DNA from: Felis catus
Taxonomy: Eukaryota
Reading direction: 5' to 3'
Assembly: GCF_018350175.1 (NCBI RefSeq)
Contig: NC_058368.1
Location: 229,278,001-229,342,000 of the forward strand
DNA length: 64,000 nucleotides
Shown here: positions 50,199 through 62,365 of the stretch, piece after piece
How the letters are laid out: each line of letters starts with the position of its first letter
Position numbering within the stretch: the stretch's first letter is position 1
The notes under the pieces: generated by a model
What the model was told of the DNA's origin: nothing
Seen by the model: only the letters and a program-made list of their open reading frames with translations
Databases searched by the model: none
Made by a program: the position numbers and the translations under genes

Positions 50199-50779
50199 TG
50201 TGGTAGACAGAATTCTGAGATGCTCTTCAAGATTCCACTCCTGATGTGCACACACCTCCTCACGGTTACTCAATCAAACACTAATCTACTCCACAGATGT
50301 GTTTAATATTCTAAACAAGTTGACCTGAAAAAGGAGATTATTCTTGGTGAGTCTGATCTAATCAGACAATCACTTAATGAGACTGAATTCTTCCTAGCAA
50401 AAGAGATTCAGACTATAAGAGGTATTTGACACAAGGGAAGTTCTTCACTGCTGTCTTTGAAGATAGATGTCCACATGACAAGGAATGCCATGTCTTTGAG
50501 CTGAGCTTTTCCACCAGCCATCAACCGCAAAGAAAGCAATATCTCAGGCCTACAATGGCAAAGAAATGAGTTCTACCACAACCACATGAACTTGGAAGAG
50601 GAAGCTGATCTTCAGATGATAACACAGCCTCATCAACACCTTAATTTTAAGCATGTTAGAACCCGAGCAGAGAATACAGCCAGGGCCTTGCCCAAATTTC
50701 TGAACTACAGAGTTAACAAACGGGTATTGTTTTAAACTGAGAAGTCTTTGGTATCTTGATTGCGGCAGTAGAAAATACA
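50199..50779 (+). mobile_element. MaLR solo LTR (MLT1E-like) nested in ERVL
   Basis: TGTGGTAGACAGAATTCT start, GAACTTGGAAGAGGA..CAGATGA..CAGCC, end GCAGTAGAAAATACA; degenerate 5-bp TSD TTCCT/CTCTT. Confidence 0.85.
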
Positions 50780-51057
50780 CTCTTACACTACAGTTAAAGC
50801 TTTGCCAGGAAGCAGTGTGCCCTGGAACCCTGCAGCAGGGACATCCTATTGGATGTGCTTCAACCCCAGACACACTTGAAACCTCAGAGCCCCTAACTTC
50901 TGAAGTTGTCTTCTCCACTTTGCTGGTAGATTATCAGCCTTTATTCTGTGAAGATCATGCAAAGACCTAATCTTAAGCAGATGCTTTGAATGATAACAAA
51001 CCATGATATTCCTAAGAATGAGATTAGATGGGCAGACAACATGGATGTTGTTTGGCT

Positions 51058-51107
51058 CATATTACCCAAAGAATATCCATATTACCCAAAGAACATCCAT
51101 ATTACCC
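51058..51107. repeat. 20-bp tandem repeat x2.5 (CATATTACCCAAAGAAYATC)
   Basis: Directly visible. Confidence 0.9.
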
Positions 51108-51339
51108 TGGATGGAGCCACGGCATCTTGGCTTCAAGCCGCCGGAGCTCTGACCTGTGTCTGGCCAGAAAGATTAGCAACAGCAAACAGAAAAGAAAATT
51201 AAAAAAACAAGAAAGAGAAGAGAAAGAAAGGATCTCAAAACATGGTAGAAGTAATGACTGAGATTTAGACTAAGAGGAAAGAGACAAAGAAACAATGGAA
51301 GTCCCATGGACATTCATGAGCAAAATCAAGATGTTCCAT

Positions 51340-51925
51340 GCCTTGAACAAAGGACACAGCAAGATGAATAAATATGTTGACATTTTTGGAAACCAGATTC
51401 TCATGTATTGGAAGACAAAAATACGGAAAAGAGAAAGTAAGAAAGTACCTTACATGTTGGATTTGAATTGGAGATATGAATATGAACTCAACATACCTAC
51501 CTTCATAGTAGAAATAAGCACATCTAGTCTCCAGATCGTGGTTTTTAAATAACATTTCATCCTAAAAGGAACTAGAGGTCCTTAAGGAATGGCTGATCCC
51601 AGGGCTAGGCAGACAAAATACAAGTTGATCCTGGAATAGCTTGTTATGGCAGAAAACAAAAAGAAGAAAAATATGGTTAAAGACAATGGGGACCTATCAA
51701 AAGTACACAGGAGTCAGCTTGAGGAGTTTCATGCTGGCCAAATTTGGTATATCTAAGCAGAAAACAGAATAATATTACTAATGCGGTAGAGCACATTAGA
51801 TAAGAATGTACATCATAGTGAAATTAAGAAACAACAGGCACAAAAATGACTGTACTTGGAAGAAAGATCCTCATTTCAGTAGTATGTCTGCTAATAAATG
51901 TAGAAGGAATTACTGAAAAAAAAAG
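51340..51925 (+). mobile_element. L1MC4/5-like 3'UTR fragment
   Basis: GGAAACCAGATTCTCA, TTGGATTTGAATTGGAG, AAAAGGAACTAGAG..GGCTGATCCCAGGGCT, GGCCAAATTTGG, CTAATAAATGTAGAAGGAAT. Confidence 0.75.
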
Positions 51926-52879
51926 TAATGGTATACACTTTTCCAATGGCAATTTTGTAACGCTACGTCCCCATAGATAGAATATATGAGCGTGGGAACC
52001 AAGGTGTGAAAGTAGAAATGCGATTTTCACCATTAATTCTAATGACCCCCAGGGGAGTTTGTGCTTCTGGTCCCTACAATTTTAGGCTCTTAGGAAATTC
52101 TGTCCCTAGGTGAGAGATGCTTCCACAAGGAGACTGAGCAATGATTCTTCTCAATTTAAATCTACAATTACTGCCTGCTAATTTTTTGGTTCTTCACGCA
52201 TCCAAAGAAAGAATTAACTGTTCTTCCAGGGGTAACAGACTGATTACCATAAGGTGATAGATGTGCTACTGGTAATGAGGCCAAGGAGGAGTATAAGTGG
52301 AACTCAAGGATTTCTGGGATACTGAGTTTCTGCTAATAATTGTAAATGAGGAATTTCAACAGCTGCAACCTTACAAGGGCAATGTAAACAGAATCCAGAT
52401 GAAGATCGGGCTAATCCCACCTGGCATGGTGAAAATCTAAAATGGGTGTTAGAGGAAGAAGATGATAAATCGCGATTGTGGCTGTAGGAAAAACTGCGGC
52501 ATGGAGGACGGGGGCTTGTTCCCTTGCTCTTCTTATAGTCTTTTTAGTTTTACTCATTATAAACGTGACCAGCCATCACTTGAAGAAACTTGCCAGGAAA
52601 TGACAAGTAACATGGCACGTGAGGATCTAAACATTGCAAGAGATACCTGGTAGCAGCTATCCTTACTATCTAAGATGTCCTTACTATCTATGAATAAGAA
52701 TAAAACTCCTAGAACATTGTAAGAAACTTCACTACACAGAAAAACAATCCAAGATTAATAACATCAATACTGAAGAAAACTGGAATAATTAAGGGAACAA
52801 AAACAAATTTTCAAAATGGTTTAATTTCTATTCACAGGGATAGATGAAAAGATATTATATCCTTAAGAATAAATAATAG

Positions 52880-54135
52880 GCTAAAGTTTCTGCTCAGCGA
52901 AAGAAACTATCAAGAAATGAAAAGGAAACCTATGGAATGGGTGACAATATTTGTAAACCATATACTTGACAAGGGATTAATACCCAAAATATATAAAGAA
53001 TCCATCCAATTCATCCACAGGAAGAAAACAATCCAATTAAAACATGGGTAGAGGAGCCTTTCTAAAGAAGGCCCAAAGATGGCCAGCAGGCAAATGGAAA
53101 GATATTCAGCATCACTAGTCATCAAAGAAATGCAAATCAAAACCATGAGATATCACCTCACACCTGTTAGAATGGTGGGGATGTAGAGAAAAGGAATCCT
53201 TGCACACTGTTGGTAAGAATGACGATTGGTGCAGCTACTAGGAAAACAGTATGGATATTCCTCCAAAAATTAAAAATAGACCTACTATATGATCCAGCAA
53301 TCCCACTTCTGGGTACATTTTCAAAGTACTATCCATACTCTTATGTTTCTGCAGCATTATTCAAGATATGGAAACAACCTATGTGCCCATCAACAGATGT
53401 ATGGATAAAGAAGGCATGATACATACATATACACATACACACAAACACTATTCAGCCTTGAAAAGGAAGGTAATCGTGCCATTTGCAAAAACATGGATGG
53501 AACTTGAGGGCATTATGCTAAATGAGATAAGTCAGACAGTGAAAGGCAAAGACTGTATAATATCATCTATATGTGAATTCCAAAATAGATAAACTCATAG
53601 AAACAGAGAGTAGAATGCTTGGGGTTGGAGGAATTAGGGAGATGTTGGTGGAAGTGTATAAACTTACAGTTAGAAGATGAATAAGTTCTGGGGGTCTATT
53701 GGACAACATTGTGACTATAGTTAACAATATTGTATTATAGGGGCTTCTGGGTGGATCAGTGGATTAAGTGTCAGACTTTGGCTCAGGTTATGATCTCACA
53801 GTTCATGAGTTCAAGCCCTGCATTGGGCTCTCTGCTGTCAGCACAGAGCTCGCTTCAGATCCCCTGTCTTCCTCTCTCTCTGTCCCTCCTCCTGTGTGTT
53901 CTCGCTCTCTCTCTCTTGAAAATAAACATTAAAAAAAATATATGCATCAAAGTCGCTGAGACACTAGATATTAAATGTTCTCACCACAAAAAGAGAAATT
54001 ATAATTATGGGATATGATAGATGTGTTAGCTAACAATATGGTGTTAATCATATTGCGATAAATAAATGTATGAAATCAACACCATGTACACCTTAAACTT
54101 ACATAATGTTATATGTCAATTATATCTCAAAAAAA
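52880..54135 (+). mobile_element. L1MA/L1MB-type 3' fragment (ORF2 end plus 3'UTR)
   Basis: GAAATGCAAATCAAAACC..GATATCACCTCACACCTGTTAGAATGG, ACATGGATGGAACTTGAGGGCATTATGCTAA, ACCTTAAACTTACATAATGTTATATGTCAATTATATCTCAA. Confidence 0.9.
53740..53938 (+). mobile_element. Felid Can-SINE variant in L1 3'UTR
   Basis: GGCTCTCTGCTGTCAGCACAGAGC..CTTCAGATCC body, CT-rich segment, A tail. Confidence 0.92.
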
Positions 54136-56054
54136 TACTTGGCACTTAATAAACTCTCAATTAGATATTTAAAAAAATAATAAGGTCATATAAATAAGTC
54201 ACTTGAAAGTAAGGGCAAATGCTTTAAGAACCTTGAAATGAAATAAAAATAACATTAAAAGAATTTCCTATAATGCAGAGCAAAAGAGCAAAACAAAAGA
54301 CAAAAATTAAAATAAATGTTAAGGAGGATATGGGACTAAATCAGGATGACAAAATCTTTTTATTAGAAAGAAGGAACAGAAAACATAAAGAATGAAACCA
54401 AAGAATTAATGAAAAAATTCCCCAAAGCTTAAAATAGATAAAAGCATTCGTAATTAAAGGCCCTGCCAGATAATAAACAGTAGAGATAAAAAAGACTATC
54501 ACCTTGGAACATCATGTTGAAATTTCAAAGAATGAAAGTTAAAAAGAAGATACGAAGAGCTTTCAAAAGAAGGATTAAGTTATTGGGAAAGAAATAAAAC
54601 GTAGATTGTCAGCAACACTGGGTTCAAAGCTCAATAAAATGATATCTTTAAAGTTCAAAAGAAAAATGATTTTGAATATTGAATTTTTTAACCCAAATTA
54701 TGATTTAGGTCTATAAAAATTAAACATATTTGATCTTGCCAAGGCATCTACATTTACTTTCACATACCCATTTTGAAAATGAATTTGCTTGAGCATGTCT
54801 TTTAGCAAACCTGAAAAAAAAGAGAGAAAAATAGAAGAACCCTTGGACTCAAAGAACCAATGCTCTTAATTAAATGCAGAAGATAGTATAAGAAATCCCT
54901 AGATGACAGCTCCATAGCAGCAGGAAAACAATCACTTTAATTTAAAACAAGAAGTCAAAAACCCTTTTGAAAATTATTTATTTAAAAATGTAGATAATCA
55001 ATAACAAGGATGATGCAATGGTACCTTTTCTAATTTATAAATCATATAAAACAAAGTCCTCGGAAAACAGGTTTTTTTAACTCATTTGTTAGCATAGTCT
55101 GTATTGATGAGAAGCGACATATTATAATCTGTGTGATAATTTTTGTACATATTCATGTTTTATTTAAGAGATATTAAAATGTTTGAGTATGGAGTTTTAC
55201 CTTCAACTCTATTGCTTCTGTTATAAAATTTATAATACCAGCCTGATTTCCCCTATCTAACACCTGGAAGATATCTGAATTCCAAGTAACACCTTGCCCC
55301 AAGGTTTTCAGATGAGGGATTGAAGAACTATAATTATAATAGTAGCTCAGAAGACTGCATTCAGATTTGCAGATTTATACTTTAGAAACCAACTCTAATA
55401 GTTATAAATTTCGGAAGGCTGGCTTGTAAAGGTCACCTCTTCATTAGCACCACGGTGTTACTCAGGAATGACTGATTTGCTTCATCACCCACTGGAGCAC
55501 ACACTTCATCAATGTAGGGATTATTGTTTTCTACACCACCAAGATAACACAATGCGTAGGCCTATCAAATCGGACTAACATATTGGGGGCTATGCCTAGA
55601 ATCAAAGAAAACTCATCATTTCAGAGACACAAGAATCAAGAAACACAGACAAAGTATACAGACATCTGACACATGTAAAGTCACAGAACATGACCTCCAG
55701 GTTTTTTCTGTTGGACATGTGCTCTCTGTCCCTGGATGTAGTCACCTCACACATTCGGCAGCATTTTAGGATTTAAAACACCTCCATTTTACACCTATGT
55801 AGTTAAAACTTACAGGAAATGTCTCAGGGACCCATACCCCATATTATCATGTGTTTGCAATAGCAGTGCTAAACCAGAAACAAGTTATCAAAAATATTTT
55901 TACATAAAGATGCTTCTGCTAGCAAATACTGTTGTCTATTAACTAGAAGACTAATTATCAGCATGTTTATAATGACATTACAATGCCAGCTGCCTTCTCT
56001 CTGAGCATCCTCCTGGCAAAGAGAAATAAATAGATTGCAGGCCAGCTGCTTGAC

Positions 56055-56153
56055 TCTGTCTTTTCCACCTGTTACTTCCCTTGTGCCTATAGCAGTGTCT
56101 GGCACATAGGAATCTTCAAATAATCATTGCCTTAGTGACAAAATTAAATGAAT
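56055..56153 (+). mobile_element. L2 3' end fragment
   Basis: GTGCCTATAGCAGTGTCTGGCACATAGG..AAATAA..AAATGAAT. Confidence 0.6.
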
Positions 56154-56631
56154 CTTACCAATAGCTATTGACAGTGTAAAACACTGCGTTCAGAAGGAAT
56201 CTGGGGACAATCTCTGGACTCTAATGAAATGGTACAACGTGAATTGGTAGCAACAGGTACACGTGGGACCATAGGAGAATTGTGACAGCCCAGTGTCCAA
56301 ACGTGTGTCTTTACTGTCTTTCCAAATAGACTACAGCCTACACAACCAACATAATTTAGTGTGCTAATGTTAACATCTAGAATTTACAAATTTTGAAAGT
56401 GAAAAAAAATATATAATGGCTTTTGACGTTCATTCACGAAGAGGCTCTAAATTCTTTAGTTTCATTCACATTTCCCTTTCTTCATTTATAAGAGTACTTC
56501 ACTATTCCTATTCTTTGGTTTATTATTAATTATCTTCAGTGAATTAATGGAACTGATGATCGTTTCCAATGGGCTTAGATGAACTTCATTCACATGCTAT
56601 TGTAACCCAAAACTAGTTATGTGCAATCATC

Positions 56632-57013
56632 TGAATTAGTTATTAAGGGGGCCATAGTGAAATACCACGAACTAGGTGTTTTAAACAACAGAATTCACTT
56701 TCTTGCAATTCTGGGACGCTAACAGTCTAAGATCAAAGTGTAAGCATAGTTAGTTTATTCTGAGATCTCTCTCCATGGCTTGTAGATGGCCATCTTTTGC
56801 TTCTGCCTTCAGACGCTCTTTTCTTTGTATGTGGGTGCCCTAATCACTTCTTATAAGGGACAAGTCCTATTGGATTAGGACCCACCTTAATGACCTCATA
56901 CAACCTTAATTACATTTTCAAAGGCTTGAACTCCAGATACAGTCACATTGTGAGGTATTAGAGACTAGTACTTCAAGATATGAATTGAAGGGGACACAAT
57001 TTGGTCCATAATA
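56632..57013 (-). mobile_element. MaLR solo LTR (MLT1A0-like)
   Basis: TTAAACAACAGAA, GGCTTGTAGATGGCCATCTT, ATTGGATTAGGACCCACCTTAATGACCTCA, GGGGACACAATT; 5-bp TSD TCATC/TCACC. Confidence 0.9.
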
Positions 57014-57015
57014 TC

Positions 57016-57081
57016 ACCCAGAGACTTAGTTTTCAGCACTATTTATTACCCAGTAGACTTAGTTTTCAGCACTATTTTATT
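57016..57081. repeat. About 32-bp direct tandem duplication
   Basis: ACCCAGAGACTTAGTTTTCAGCACTATTTATT followed by ACCCAGTAGACTTAGTTTTCAGCACTATTTTATT. Confidence 0.92.
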
Positions 57082-57628
57082 CTACTTAGCTTTAAAGAAA
57101 TTAGTTTCTTTTCTCTCATGGAAAAGGATTACATTTCCTTCTCTAATAAGATTCTTTCCTGAGTACATGTGATCTGCTCTTTTTACTAAAGTAATCTCTC
57201 TTTTGGCAGGGGTACATTATTGACAGTACTGAATTCTATTAATAAAATTACAGAGGCCAAGAATTTACCACTTGAAATTATAAATCTCTGAAAAGGGAGT
57301 TGTTGGGGGGAAATTCACACAAGAAATGCTTTCTGGTTAGAAAATCTAAATCTATATGAATAAAATGTAGTAGTTTCTGGAATCATGAATAATTTGATGA
57401 TAATCAAAATATGCAAAATAGTACAGTGAAAATTAGGGAGTTGTCAATGGCTTTTGAGAAATTGCCAAAGCCTGTAAGGAAAATATTATTTAGAAAAATG
57501 CGGATTACTGCTAAAAATAATAATAATAATTTCTCTGTGTGTCATCAACAACCTAATTTTTCATCAAAAATCTCAACTTTGCTACAATTTCTGCTTTATA
57601 ACTTTGTATTTAAGAATTCATGCCTATA

Positions 57629-57849
57629 GGGGCACCTGGGTGGCTCAGTCAGTTAAGCGTCCGACTTCGGCTCGAGTCATGATCTCCTGGTTCATGAGTT
57701 TGAGCCCTGCGTCAGGCTCTGTGCTGACATCTCAGAGCCTGGAGCCTGCTTCGGATTCTGTGTCTCCCTCTTTCTGCCATTCCCCTGCTCGAAATCTGTC
57801 TCTCTGTCTCTGTCTCTCTCTCAAAAATAAATACATATTTAAAAAAAAA
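57629..57849 (+). mobile_element. Felid Can-SINE (SINEC_Fc2-like)
   Basis: Full body; TSD AAGAATTCATG(C/T)CT(A/G)T at 57612-57627 and 57850-57865. Confidence 0.96.
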
Positions 57850-58151
57850 AAGAATTCATGTCTGTGAAGATTTATATCTATCTTCTATTATTCAAAATAT
57901 TATAAGACTCCAAAATGTTCAATTATTTGGAAGGCAAAAAGAGAAAAACCACACAAATAAATTATCTAGGACCTTCGGTATGTGTTATATGTAATTTGTT
58001 GGTGTGCAAGTGTCTCTTAATTTCTTTAATCTATTTTTTCCCTAAACCATATGAAGAAATGGATCATGTCTGTGTTTTGAATTACAGTAAATAATATATC
58101 AAGTTGCCTAGCAAGTGAGATTACAAATTAAGTAATAAAAGTATCTTTCAG

Positions 58152-60190
58152 ACTTCCAGTTACAGCTCAAATATGTAGAGATAGGAAGAAAACAATTATT
58201 CTGACCATTTTAAGAAGAAAAAGATGGACAAACTGAAAATCAATGACTTGTCATGAACCCTGAGGTCTTAGGACAAACCACCAGTAACTCAGGCACCTCT
58301 AGGGAGAGATACAGGATCCAACAATTTGCTTTCCTAGGCAGAAGCCACTGGACCCACGTAAGCCAAAAGGAATATTAAACTAGAAATTAGGACAAATTTC
58401 TGGGGCCTAATTATGGGCTATCATAAAAATGAGAAGCAACTGGAGACAATAGTCACAAAGACGTCATCACACTTGTATATCTTTCCTACAGGAACCCCAG
58501 AGACCTCAAAGCTGTGGATCTACATAATGTCCCCACTGTCCATGGCATAGAAAGTGCCCATAGCCCATGGAGAGGATGGGTAAAATACACAGAAATCCTT
58601 TTCCTTATAGAACAGAATCTGGATCTACAAAGGGAAGAAAATCAACAGAGTCTGCTTGTTAAAATTCCATTACAGCTGGGGGAAATGAATTCAGTACAGC
58701 CCCAGCCTCTTAGTCTCATTGAAGGACACAAAAAGCCATAGTCTGCAGGAAGGGTGGCCTAAAGGATATGGACTAGGAATACTGGAGGTATTCCTAGGAA
58801 AGGGATTAGGGCAGCAGAGGGAAAAATCTCTAGCCCTGAAGAAAAACAGGAACACTTGTGAAAATGGTATCCCCATAACACAGGTCCACCATGTATTCCA
58901 AAGACTGAGACTTAGAAGATTTGAGAATGTCCTTCCTGCATCCTGTCACCATTATAGTAAATCTTCATCAATAACAGTAGATTGATAACCAGGAGAGATA
59001 GAAGAGGTAGACTTTCTTTGAGAAAACAGAAGCCCCAAAGCCAGAAGGAGATTAGAAACAAGGTCACTAGAGGAATTTGAAGGCTGTGCTTCCCATACTA
59101 ACAACAGACTCCAAACACAGCTCAAGTTCTGGGTAAATTAACAAAAACTCCCACAGTAAAGTCTTGTCTACCAAAGTATCTATTTCCAAAAAATTGCCAG
59201 CATTCTAAAGGACAAGAAATGTACAACATGTGAAGACAAATTAATGGCCAAAACCATACTCAGATATGACATAGGCATTGAAATTATCAGACAGGAAATT
59301 TAAAACAATTAAAAGGAAACAATTTGCAAGACAAGATGAATAACATTATCAGAGAAATGCAAACCATCAGAAATAATCAAAAGGAAATAGTAGAAACCGA
59401 ACAATGGCAAAAATTAAAAATACCTTCAACACAGTCATGCGTAGACTCAATGCAGTCAAGGAAAGAATCAGTGAAATTGAAAACTGGCCAATAGAAATTA
59501 TTCACATTGAAATTCCAGGAGAAAAAAATAACAAGGCAAACACATAGAATAAAACACCCAAGAACTTTGGGATAATAAACAATGAACAATGTAACATTCA
59601 CAGCTTCATAATTGCCAATGGAGAAGAGAGATTGGAGCAGGAAACCTATTTAAAGAAATAATTACCAAAACTTCACACATTTTTTATAGCCAACAAACTA
59701 CAGATCCAAGTAGCACACACCATATAAAACAGAATATAAAGACAAATCAAAACAAACAAACAAAATTCACATCCAGTGTATTATATTCAAACCACAGAAA
59801 ACAAAGATACATAAATTAGCCAGAGATGGGGCAGGTGGGGAAGACCTTAAGATGAACAAGAACAAACATTACACCAGACTTCTCATTAGAAATAATTCAA
59901 GGAAGAAGATACTGGAGTGAAATCTCAAGGTATTGGGGAAAAAAACTGACAACTAGATTTTATATCTAGAGAAAATTTTCTTTGGGAAAGTAACAACTTT
60001 CTCAGATAAACAAAAGTTGAGGGAATTTATTACCAACAGACCTGCCCTATAAAGAAATGTTAAAGGAAGTTCTTCAGCCAGAAGGGACGTGAAATAGGTC
60101 AGACAACTGGATGTATGCCGATTAAAGAAGAATGTAAGGAAAGGAATATATTAAGATATAATATAATTTGATATTTTTCTCATTGTTCAA
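58152..60190 (+). mobile_element. Old L1M 5'UTR plus ORF1 (L1M4/L1MC-type 5' end)
   Basis: GACTTCCAGTTACAGCTC..ATGTAGAGA..ACAAACTGAAAATCAA start; ORF1 motifs GAAATTATCAGACAGGAAATTTAAAACAA, GAAAGAATCAGTGAAATTGAA, AAGAAATGTTAAAGGAAGTTCTTCAG. Confidence 0.75.
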
Positions 60191-60333
60191 AATTTTAAGA
60201 GAATATACAATATGTAAAATTCAGACAAATGTGTCTATATTTGAATGATGCAGATTTTTCAGCAGAAACCATGACATTTTCAACATAAGAGTTGGGATAA
60301 CTGCTTAACCATGTGCAAAAAAAAGACCCTCAA

Positions 60334-60547
60334 GGGGCGCCTGGGTGGCGCAGTCGGTTAAGCGTCCGACTTCAGCCAGGTCACGATCTCGCAGTCCGGG
60401 AGTTCGAGCCCCACATCAGGCTCTGGGCTGATGGCTCAGAGCCTGGAGCCTGTTTCCGATTCTGTGTCTCCCTCTCTCTCTGCCCCTCCCCCGTTCATGC
60501 TCTGTCTCTCTCTGTCCCAAAAATAAATAAACGTTGAAAAAAAAAAA
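60334..60547 (+). mobile_element. Young felid SINE (SINEC_Fc-like)
   Basis: Near-consensus sequence, pure A tail, TSD AAAAAAGACCCTCAA on both sides. Confidence 0.97.
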
Positions 60548-60581
60548 AAAAAAGACCCTCAACACAATCTACATAAACTCA

Positions 60582-60584
<3 letters not shown>

Positions 60585-60672
<88 letters not shown>

Positions 60673-60675
60673 CTC

Positions 60676-60719
<44 letters not shown>

Positions 60720-60770
60720 CATGTAGATATAGACGTGTAGATATAGATATATAGATATAGATATATATCT
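60585..60770. repeat. Compound (TC)n(TA)n(GA)n microsatellite, present twice, then (TAGATA)-like repeats
   Basis: Directly visible. Confidence 0.96.
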
Positions 60771-61889
60771 CAAATCAGGTCATAGATCCAAATGTAAAAA
60801 CCTAAAACTATAAAACTTTTAAAAGGAAATAAGATAAAGGAGAACATCTTTTTGACTTGTGATTAGACAAAAAGTTCTTAGACCTGACCCTAAGAGCATA
60901 ATTCATAAAGAGAAAGATTGATAAAATGGATTTCACGAAGATTTTTCATTTCTCTGCAAAAGACACTGTCAACAGACTTGGATAAATGTCTGCGAATCAC
61001 ATATCTCTAAAGCACTTATATCCACAATATATAAAGAACACTCAAAATTCAAATAAAAGGAAACTAATCATCCAATTCAAAAATGGACAAAATATCTGAA
61101 GAGACACTCTATCAAATAGGATATACACATAACAAATAGTGATACGAAAAGATGAACAACATCATTTAGGGAACTGCAAATTAAAATTTCAGTGGGCTGT
61201 CAATACAGGCTGATTAGAATGGCTAAAATAAAAATTCTGATAGCATATAGCTGATGAGGCTGTAGAGAAAATGAAAACCTCACACGACGCTGGTGGAAAT
61301 GCAAAATGGTATAGCCCTTTTGGAAAACACTATCGATTTTTTGTAATATTCTATATGTACTTACTATATAGTAAAGCAACCCACTTCCAGGTGTTTACCC
61401 TAGAAAAAGAAATTTACATTCAAAAAACACCTATACATGAATGTATATGGTAGGTCTACTCATTGTAGCCCATATTTGAAAACAACCAAATATTATTCAG
61501 TTGGTACATGGATACATAATGGAACATGAATCAGTAGTAAAGTGGACCAACTACTGATAGACCCAATAAGTTGCATGGATTTCAAAGGCATTATGTTGAG
61601 TGCAAGGATCCAGTCTCAGTGTGTTTCTAGTGTTTGCCAGAGGCTCATGGTTGGGTGTATATGTGGCTAGATGATTGTGTAGCTGTGAAGAAGTCTTGTG
61701 GAGACGTAAACATATACTGTTCCCTAATTGGCAGTGGTTACACAAACCTGTACGTGTAGTAAAATTCACAGAACTATACAGCAAAACAAATGAATTGTAA
61801 TGTGTTATTTATGTATTTATCATTTATTTTCAAAAACAAGAATAAATAAATAAGGAAATTGTGAATGGAGGCAAAGTTGACAGGTAGGC

Positions 61890-62127
61890 TTCGTTTATCG
61901 CATACTATTTCCCAGAATCCCCTCCCCTTTAAGTTTCAAGGCTGGGGTAGATTAAAAGAGGATTTGCAGGAGATTTAGAATGAGAATATGAAACAGTGAT
62001 TGTCACCATCTAAATGCCATTGAAGTTGCGAGGGGGGATGCCTGGGTGGCTCAGTGTGTTGAGCTTATGGTAGGATTAAGCCCTTACGGTTTGTGGTTTG
62101 TTATGCAGCATTACTGAGGCAAAATAT
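61890..62127 (+). mobile_element. ERVL/MaLR-class LTR remnants flanking a SINE stub
   Basis: TTCCCAGAATCCCCTCCCC..AAAAGAGGA..GAGATTT (old ERVL LTR-like) and LTR 3' end TTTGTTATGCAGCATTACTGAGGCAA..AACTAATGCA; family uncertain. Confidence 0.45.
62034..62064 (+). mobile_element. Can-SINE 5' stub (head only)
   Basis: GGGGATGCCTGGGTGGCTCAGTGTGTTGAGC followed by no SINE body or tail. Confidence 0.8.
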
Positions 62128-62159
62128 AACTAATGCACTTATTAACAGTCTGTATTGTC

Positions 62160-62365
62160 ATTAACAGTACTTGCTACCCTCTGTTGAGGACCACCTATCT
62201 ATGCACCACGCATTATGCTAGGTACTACATATGGTTTATTCTACATCCTGGCGTTAAAAAGAGTGGATTTTAGAGAATCTGAGTTGTCTTAGATTACCTA
62301 AATATTAAATGCTACACCTGAAATCCAAACTCAAAACTCCAGCGTCTACTTTCTTTCTTCTGCAT
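62160..62365 (-). mobile_element. Degenerate MIR
   Basis: GTTGAGGACCACCTAT..GCATTATGCTAGGTACT and GAAATCCAAACTC..CTCCAG..TACTTTC. Confidence 0.4.

Larger units (their letters stand above)
49475..52520 (+). mobile_element. ERVL internal fossil: gag-region pieces (49475-49717, 50064-50198, 50785-51000) and pol 3'/dUTPase region (51930-52520)
   Basis: AAGAAGGCTAAATTCACAGCC, GGGACATC..GGATGTGCTT, GAAGATCATGCAAAGACCT (gag-like); GGGAACCAAGGTGTGAAAGTAG, TTTGTGCTTC..TTTAGGCTCT, ATGCTTCCACAAGGAGAC, AGGGGTAA..CTGATTACCAT, GGAGGAGTAT..TGGAAC (ERVL dUTPase region). No open frame remains. Confidence 0.72.
52720..55010 (+). mobile_element. HAL1 (half-L1) fossil interrupted by L1 (pieces 52720-52878 and 54170-55010)
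   Basis: A-rich ORF1-like motifs GAAAAGATATTATATCC, CATCATGTTGAAATTTCA, TCAGCAACACTGG, GAAAAATGATTTT, AAATCCCTAGATGACAGCT. Confidence 0.6.
60235..61853 (+). mobile_element. Old L1M 3' ORF2 and 3'UTR (with nested SINE and microsatellite)
   Basis: TTTTCAACA..TGGGATAACTG, CTAAAACTATAAAAC, ATATATAAAGAACACTCAAAA, GCTGGTGGAAATGCAAAATGGTA, AAAATTCACAGAACTATACA. Confidence 0.82.

Noticed and set aside
51058..51107. Short direct repeats as a CRISPR-like array
   Set aside because: Eukaryotic DNA; contiguous tandem units without unique spacers.
55235..55332. Possible short Tigger-like DNA transposon remnant
   Set aside because: Match too short and degenerate to call by eye.
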